This document shows positions 8,009 through 13,076 of a stretch of DNA of 13,076 bases, one piece after another. Position 1 is the first letter of the stretch; each line of letters starts with the position of its first letter. Below the pieces are notes generated by a model, which worked only from the letters and a program-made list of their open reading frames with translations, was not told where the DNA came from and searched no databases. A program made the translations under genes and the position numbers. Origin of the DNA: Myxococcota bacterium (GTDB lineage Bacteria > Myxococcota > SpSt-1050); contig JBMFOP010000083.1 in NCBI GenBank assembly GCA_049969675.1, forward strand, positions 1-13,076, written 5' to 3'.

Positions 8009-8929
8009 ATGAATCTATGTGATATAAAGAGTGTAGAAGATATAAAAAGACTGCTTGCATCTTCCGGATTTATCTCAAACGAAGAGGTAGATACTGTGCT
8101 GTTTATTGCTATAAATCTCTCAAAACCAATCTTTATAGAAGGTCCGGTAGGTTCGGGGAAGACATTTTTGGCAAAGGCATTTGCTGATGCTACAAAGAAG
8201 AGGCTTATCAGATTACAATGCTATGAAGGGCTGGACGAATCAAAGACCATATATGAATGGGAATATTCCAAACAGCTCCTCTTCACACAGATGCTGAAAG
8301 GCAAGATAGAGAAACTCACATCAAAGGCAAAAGATATCAGGGATGCGATCTCTATCCTCTCAAAGGAGCAGGGCTTCTTCTCAAAGGAATTCTTAGTACC
8401 AAGACCGGTTCTTCAGGCAATAGAAGAGGGTGAAAAGGCAGTCCTTTTAATTGATGAGATAGATAAGGCGGATGCAGAGTTTGAGGCATTCCTACTTGAG
8501 GTTTTAAGTGATTTTACCGTTAGCATCCCCGAAATCGGGACCATTGTAGCAGATTCAAGACCTCTGATATTCCTTACCAGTAATAATTCAAGGGAGGTAT
8601 CTGATGCATTGAAGAGAAGGTGTCTCTATCTCTATATGGAGTTGCCAGATAGGAGTATGACCGAAAAGATAATCCTTGCACATATCCCTGATATAAAAGT
8701 GCAATTGCTCAATCATATCTTAAACGCAATTGAAGGCATCAGAAAATTGAGGCTTAACCGTCAACCTTCTGCTGGTGAGGTCATTGACTGGGTTAAGTCC
8801 CTCTTACTCTTCTCCACCACAGAACTCTCTCGTGAGACATTTGCAAAAACTATCTATAGCCTTATTAAGGACCAGAACGACCTTGAAACAATCAATAAAC
8901 ATCTCAATTCTATCCTGAAGGATTACTGA
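8009..8929 (+). CDS. MoxR-family AAA+ ATPase, CoxD-like
   Basis: Walker A EGPVGSGKT, RLQCYEGLD...YEWEYSKQLL (CoxD-type hallmark), Walker B LLIDEIDKAD, sensor TSN, DALKRRC arginine finger. Confidence 0.9.
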   Translation: MNLCDIKSVEDIKRLLASSGFISNEEVDTVLFIAINLSKPIFIEGPVGSGKTFLAKAFADATKKRLIRLQCYEGLDESKTIYEWEYSKQLLFTQMLKGKIEKLTSKAKDIRDAISILSKEQGFFSKEFLVPRPVLQAIEEGEKAVLLIDEIDKADAEFEAFLLEVLSDFTVSIPEIGTIVADSRPLIFLTSNNSREVSDALKRRCLYLYMELPDRSMTEKIILAHIPDIKVQLLNHILNAIEGIRKLRLNRQPSAGEVIDWVKSLLLFSTTELSRETFAKTIYSLIKDQNDLETINKHLNSILKDY

Positions 8930-9939
8930 TGTCTGTTAGATGTCTGGTATGTGAAAAGGAATTTATACCTCATCTGAGCTTTCAGACTCAGAAAGAGGGA
9001 GATAGGACATTATACTTCTGTTCCCAGATATGCCTGCTGCAATACAGGAGCAGTAAGAAGGTAAAGTGTTCCGTATGTGGGAATGAATTCTTCCTGAGCA
9101 AAGTCTTTCAGAGGGAAGAGGTCGGTTTCAATACATATTTCTTCTGTTCACTCGCCTGTAGGGACAGATACTATGAGCGATCAGACCTGAGACAGAGGGT
9201 TCGCAAGATTGCAGTGATTAACCAGAAGGGTGGGACAGGGAAGACCACCACAGCAGTAAATCTTGCGGCTGGAATCGCCGAAAAGGGGATAAGGACATTA
9301 CTTGTAGATATGGATCCACAGGGTTCAGTCGGGGTTTCGCTCGGTATCAGGGGCGAAAAGACAATTACAGATTACCTCCTGAAGAAGGGCGGCCTTCAGG
9401 ACTGTGTGATACCGGTTAGAAAGGATCTGGATGTAATCACCTCAAACGAGAGGCTATCAATCTCCGAATTTGAGTTTATAAAAGATGATGCTAATGCATT
9501 CAGGATGCGTGAGTGCTTCTCCAATATATACGAATATCGCTTTATTGTTGTAGACTGCCCTCCTTCAATGTCATATCTCGGAAGGGCGGTGCTCAATTTC
9601 TGCAATGAAATTATTATCCCGGTCTCCTGTGACTATCTCTCATTTATGGGGACACAAAATATTATTAAATCAATCAACTACATCAATGAATTTCTAAAAA
9701 GGGATATAGTGATCACCGGTGTCCTCCCGACCTTCTTTGATATCAGGAATAGAATCTCCCATCTGATACTTCAGGACCTGCAAAAGAACTTTCAGGAGAA
9801 GTGTCTCCCACCAATTAGAATCAATACCAAACTCAGAGAGGCACCTATTCATCGTATGAGCATCTTTGAATATGCCCCTGATTCACACGGTGCAGAGGAT
9901 TACACCCTGCTTGTAGAGAGGATCCTTCATTATCAGTGA
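8929..9939 (+). CDS. ParA/Soj-family ATPase with two N-terminal TRASH/YHS-like CxxC-x22-CSxxC motifs
   Basis: Deviant Walker A NQKGGTGKTTT, LLVDMDPQG, IVVDCPPS, IIIPVSCDYLS, IRINTKLREAP. Residues 5-35 and 47-77 each carry CxxC-x22-CSxxC. TGATG overlap with the MoxR stop. Confidence 0.9.
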   Translation: MSVRCLVCEKEFIPHLSFQTQKEGDRTLYFCSQICLLQYRSSKKVKCSVCGNEFFLSKVFQREEVGFNTYFFCSLACRDRYYERSDLRQRVRKIAVINQKGGTGKTTTAVNLAAGIAEKGIRTLLVDMDPQGSVGVSLGIRGEKTITDYLLKKGGLQDCVIPVRKDLDVITSNERLSISEFEFIKDDANAFRMRECFSNIYEYRFIVVDCPPSMSYLGRAVLNFCNEIIIPVSCDYLSFMGTQNIIKSINYINEFLKRDIVITGVLPTFFDIRNRISHLILQDLQKNFQEKCLPPIRINTKLREAPIHRMSIFEYAPDSHGAEDYTLLVERILHYQ

Positions 9940-11612
9940 TTATGGACAATAACCCTGATGTCGTCATAAAGAGAAATAAAATAGCCCTTGTGATTCTCCT
10001 GTTCTTCCTCAATACCTACTTCTTTCAACACTATGATAATATCCCAAACCCAAATGAGCAGAGCAGAATATATCTAACAGCCGCAATAGTAGATGAACAT
10101 AAAATCAGTATTGACGAGCAGATAAAGAGATTTGGAGATACAATTGATATTTCAAGGCACAACAACAAGTCATATTGTGATAAGGCGCCCGGCCTCTCTT
10201 TTCTGGCTGTCCCATTCTATGCCGTGCTAAAGTTTTTCTCAAAAATTTTTGGATTTACTCTCACCTATCCAATCATTCTCAAATTTCTAAGGGTTGTCTT
10301 ACTCTCAATCCCATCTGCATTCTTTTCACTCATAATCCTATCAACACTTTTTAGATATACAAAAGACTTTCAGCTCTCCCTCGCCGTCACCGCATTTTAC
10401 TCAATTGGGACAATTGCATTTACATATTCCAATCTATTATTTGGACATCAGGCGGGTGCAATGCTACTATTCTCTCTCTTCTACCTTATCAAAAGAAATG
10501 AAGAAGAATCGCCAGCAAAACTATTATTTGGGGGAATCCTTGCAGCCCTATCTGTAATAGTGGAATACCCACTCATCCTCATTGCCTCTGCCCTGAGCAT
10601 TTATCAGATTATTATATTACGCAACAAAGTAAAATATATAGCCTTTATCCTGGGCGGTACATCAGGAATTTTGCTTCTCTTTATTTACAATCACCACGCC
10701 TTTGGATCAGTCCTCTCAACAGGGTATTCATATATTGCAAACCCCACATTTGCACAGTTTCACAGAGAAGGTATATCGGGTGTCACAACCCCCAAATTAA
10801 ATGCCCTGCTCGGTTCATACTTCTCTTCAATGAGAGGTATCTTCTACTTTATGCCTGCACTTATATTCTCTCTTGCTGGAATCTATTTTATGATTAAAGA
10901 TCCGGTCAATAAAAGAGACGGAATACTGATATTTATAATTCTACTTCTGATGACCTACTTCATCTCCTCTTTCTCCTACTGGCAGGCGGGTGGTACTGTA
11001 AGCCAGAGACACCTGACCGCACTCATACCATTTTTGACAATTCCGCTTGCATTCGCGATTCAATCGTTTATTGAAAAGGGGCTCTATCTTATTCTCATCC
11101 TCTTATCCTCACTTATGCTCTTCTCAATGCTACTTATTCCATACGCAACTATTCCCTTCCCATTCTTTTCAATGGTATATCCAAATCCACTTTTTGAACT
11201 GCCGATAAATCTCCTGAGATGGGGTGCGATTCCTCTGAATATAGGTAATATTTTTCATCTTAAAGGTTTTTACTCATTACTGCCATTTGTTATTCTCTGG
11301 ATTCTCTTTGTCTCCTACATAATATATCACCTACTTTCCCTATATAAAGGGAGATTCTCCGCATTCCTCTTATCAATAATAGTTGTGTGTATTGCATTTC
11401 TTCTAATGACTGCAGCATCACTTATAGCCCGCGAAAAAAACTATGAGAACAAGATGAAAGATGTGATTGGCATTATGGAGAATTTCAGACCGGCAAAAAA
11501 CTCCTGTGAATATGTAATTGAAGGGAGTTCACATAGATTCAGTAAAATTGCCTGTTATGCATTCCTCAAAAGGGGTACTGATGCAATCAAGGAGTTAAGG
11601 GAGGCAAGATGA
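9936..11612 (+). CDS. Polytopic membrane protein, probably a GT-C-fold glycosyltransferase
   Basis: More than 10 hydrophobic segments. Loop after TM1 with acidic residues and DKAPGLSFLAVPFY; late motif YWQAGGTVSQRHLTALIPFL, resembling W.GG...GPR.L....P of uncharacterised GT-C-like proteins. GTGA overlap (alternative ATG at 9942). Confidence 0.55.
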   Translation: MIMDNNPDVVIKRNKIALVILLFFLNTYFFQHYDNIPNPNEQSRIYLTAAIVDEHKISIDEQIKRFGDTIDISRHNNKSYCDKAPGLSFLAVPFYAVLKFFSKIFGFTLTYPIILKFLRVVLLSIPSAFFSLIILSTLFRYTKDFQLSLAVTAFYSIGTIAFTYSNLLFGHQAGAMLLFSLFYLIKRNEEESPAKLLFGGILAALSVIVEYPLILIASALSIYQIIILRNKVKYIAFILGGTSGILLLFIYNHHAFGSVLSTGYSYIANPTFAQFHREGISGVTTPKLNALLGSYFSSMRGIFYFMPALIFSLAGIYFMIKDPVNKRDGILIFIILLLMTYFISSFSYWQAGGTVSQRHLTALIPFLTIPLAFAIQSFIEKGLYLILILLSSLMLFSMLLIPYATIPFPFFSMVYPNPLFELPINLLRWGAIPLNIGNIFHLKGFYSLLPFVILWILFVSYIIYHLLSLYKGRFSAFLLSIIVVCIAFLLMTAASLIAREKNYENKMKDVIGIMENFRPAKNSCEYVIEGSSHRFSKIACYAFLKRGTDAIKELREAR

Positions 11613-12430
11613 GAGAACTAAGATTTTATAAAGTGGAAAAAGAGGGACATATCGGCTGGGTATTCCTCAATAGAGTTGAGAAGAAGAATGCAATGAATCC
11701 TTATGCCTTTTTAGAATTACCAGAGATAATAAATGAGCTTGATAGAGATGAGCATATTAGAGTGATTATTATTGCCTCTGCAGGCGAGAGTTTCTGTGCG
11801 GGGATAGACCTGATTGAGATGGGCTCTCATATTGAGGAGATATCAAATCCAGACCAGAAGGGAAAGACCAAATGGTTACTAATTTCAAAGATAAGCGAAC
11901 TCCAGAGAACCATCAATTCACTCCAATCCACATATAAACCAGTGATTGCGGCTGTAAATGGTATATGCATAGGTGCCGGACTTGACCTTATTTCGGGCTG
12001 TGATATCAGACTCTGCTCCAGAGACGCAAAATTCTCCCTCCGAGAGGCGGCAGTAGGATTTGTGGCAGACATAGGGGTCCTACAGAGACTGCCTCCAATT
12101 ATTGGAGAGGGGAATACAAGAGAGCTGGCATTTACTGCAAAATTTATTGATTCTAATACCGCACTCAGAATGCACCTCGTAAATGATATCTTCTCTGATA
12201 GAGATTCACTCCTTGCCGGGGCAAGACAGATGGCAGATGAGATAGCATCAAATTCACCACTCTCTATAATGGCATCCAAGAAGGTACTCAATTTCCTCTC
12301 TGAGGAGAAGATCAGTAGAGGGCTAAATTTTGTGGCATCAATTAGTGCCAATATTATTCCCTCCGAGGACCTCTTTGAGGCGATCTCTGCATTTATGGAG
12401 AGAAGAAGACCGGAGTTTAAGGGGAAATAA
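11609..12430 (+). CDS. Crotonase/enoyl-CoA hydratase-isomerase family protein, ECH1-like (delta3,5-delta2,4-dienoyl-CoA isomerase type)
   Basis: FCAGIDL, KPVIAAVNGICIGAGLDLISGCDIR, FSLREAAVGFVADIGVLQRL with the Asp/Glu/Asp pattern of ECH1, C-terminal AFMERRRPEFKGK. ATGA overlap. Confidence 0.92.
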   Translation: MRELRFYKVEKEGHIGWVFLNRVEKKNAMNPYAFLELPEIINELDRDEHIRVIIIASAGESFCAGIDLIEMGSHIEEISNPDQKGKTKWLLISKISELQRTINSLQSTYKPVIAAVNGICIGAGLDLISGCDIRLCSRDAKFSLREAAVGFVADIGVLQRLPPIIGEGNTRELAFTAKFIDSNTALRMHLVNDIFSDRDSLLAGARQMADEIASNSPLSIMASKKVLNFLSEEKISRGLNFVASISANIIPSEDLFEAISAFMERRRPEFKGK

Positions 12431-12485
12431 GCCTGATAAACTTTACTTCATACGAAATAAAGGAAGGAAAGAGACAAAAGACTAT

Positions 12486-12514
12486 TTGACATTTTTTTCT
12501 AAATGAATTATAGG
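12486..12514 (+). promoter_or_regulatory. Putative sigma70 promoter of tRNA-Pro
   Basis: Perfect TTGACA (12486-12491), 17 bp spacer, TATAGG (12509-12514; imperfect -10), ending 12 bp before the tRNA. Confidence 0.55.
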
Positions 12515-12525
12515 AAATATCACTA

Positions 12526-12603
<78 letters not shown>

Positions 12604-12638
12604 ATTTAAACATTGCGAATTTTAAGGAGTAAAAATCT

Positions 12639-12767
12639 ATGAAGACAAAATATTTTCTCTACGCTCGCAAAAGGACCGAAGACGAAGAAAGACAAGTGAT
12701 GTCTATTGAAGCACAGCTTGCGGAGTTGCCGGAATATGCCAAAAGAGAAAATCTTTTGGTTGCGTAA
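12639..12767 (+). pseudogene. Truncated serine recombinase N-terminus (42 aa), catalytic Ser position is Arg
   Basis: Translates MKTKYFLYARKRTEDEERQVMSIEAQLAELPEYAKRENLLVA*, matching the Y.R.S(T)...Q..SI..Q...L..YA motif of serine recombinases. TAAGGAG SD at 12623-12629. Below the ORF-track length cutoff. Confidence 0.85.
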
Positions 12768-13031
12768 CAAACTCTTGAACTCTCCTTTATTTATTATACA
12801 AATAGCGGCAAGAAGGTTAGTGTTATAAAAATTTATAATCCTACTACTATTACTCTTGATATTGATGAACCAAATCCCCAGAGAAGATCATCATCTCTTT
12901 TAGAAAACCTATCTTTCAAATTTTTCAGGATATAGTTATTTAAGTTTTGATATATTTTCCATTGGTCAGAGGCGAGTGCATTATTTGTGCTGAAAATTAG
13001 ATGGGGATATTACTATAACGGATTTGATGTA

Positions 13032-13076
13032 TAGATTCTTTAATTGTATCTTCTACGCAAAATGCAAGAAGATTTT
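13032..13076. repeat. Copy 2 of the dispersed hairpin repeat (runs to the window end)
   Basis: tagattctttaattgtatcttctacgcaaaatgcaagaagatttt; same orientation as 58..103; contains the inverted arms ATCTTCT/AGAAGAT. Confidence 0.8.

Noticed and set aside
11827..12351. 174-aa antisense ORF inside the crotonase gene (likewise 9396..9605 inside ParA)
   Set aside because: Entirely antisense to conserved enzymes; Ser/Ile-rich composition is typical of reverse-frame artefacts.
12441..12462. Weak inverted repeat CTTTACTTC-atac-GAAATAAAG after the crotonase gene
   Set aside because: AT-rich stem with a mismatch and no U-tract; not supportable as a terminator.
12920..12930. 11-bp match ATTTTTCAGGA to positions 99..109
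   Set aside because: Short and AT-rich, so plausible by chance; not contiguous with repeat copy 2.

Overview
AT-rich chromosomal segment of a Gram-negative (lipid A-making) bacterium; gene content suggests a Deltaproteobacteria/Myxococcota-like lineage (inference only). The minus strand carries an FmdB-type zinc-ribbon gene, then a tightly packed run of GldA/GldF/GldG-like ABC transporter, DUF4340-like protein, rpoZ, skp/ompH, lpxD and rubrerythrin. The plus strand carries a four-gene operon with overlapping stop/start codons: CoxD-like MoxR AAA+ ATPase, an orphan ParA/Soj-like ATPase with two N-terminal TRASH/YHS-like Cys motifs, a polytopic GT-C-like membrane protein and an ECH1-like crotonase. 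It is followed by tRNA-Pro(GGG) and a 42-codon remnant of a serine recombinase whose catalytic Ser position is Arg. An imperfect ~46-bp direct repeat that folds as a minus-strand hairpin sits at both ends of the window (58..103 and 13032..13076). Most genes belong to known families. The best leads are the TRASH-ParA/MoxR operon, the hairpin repeat and the decayed recombinase at the tRNA.
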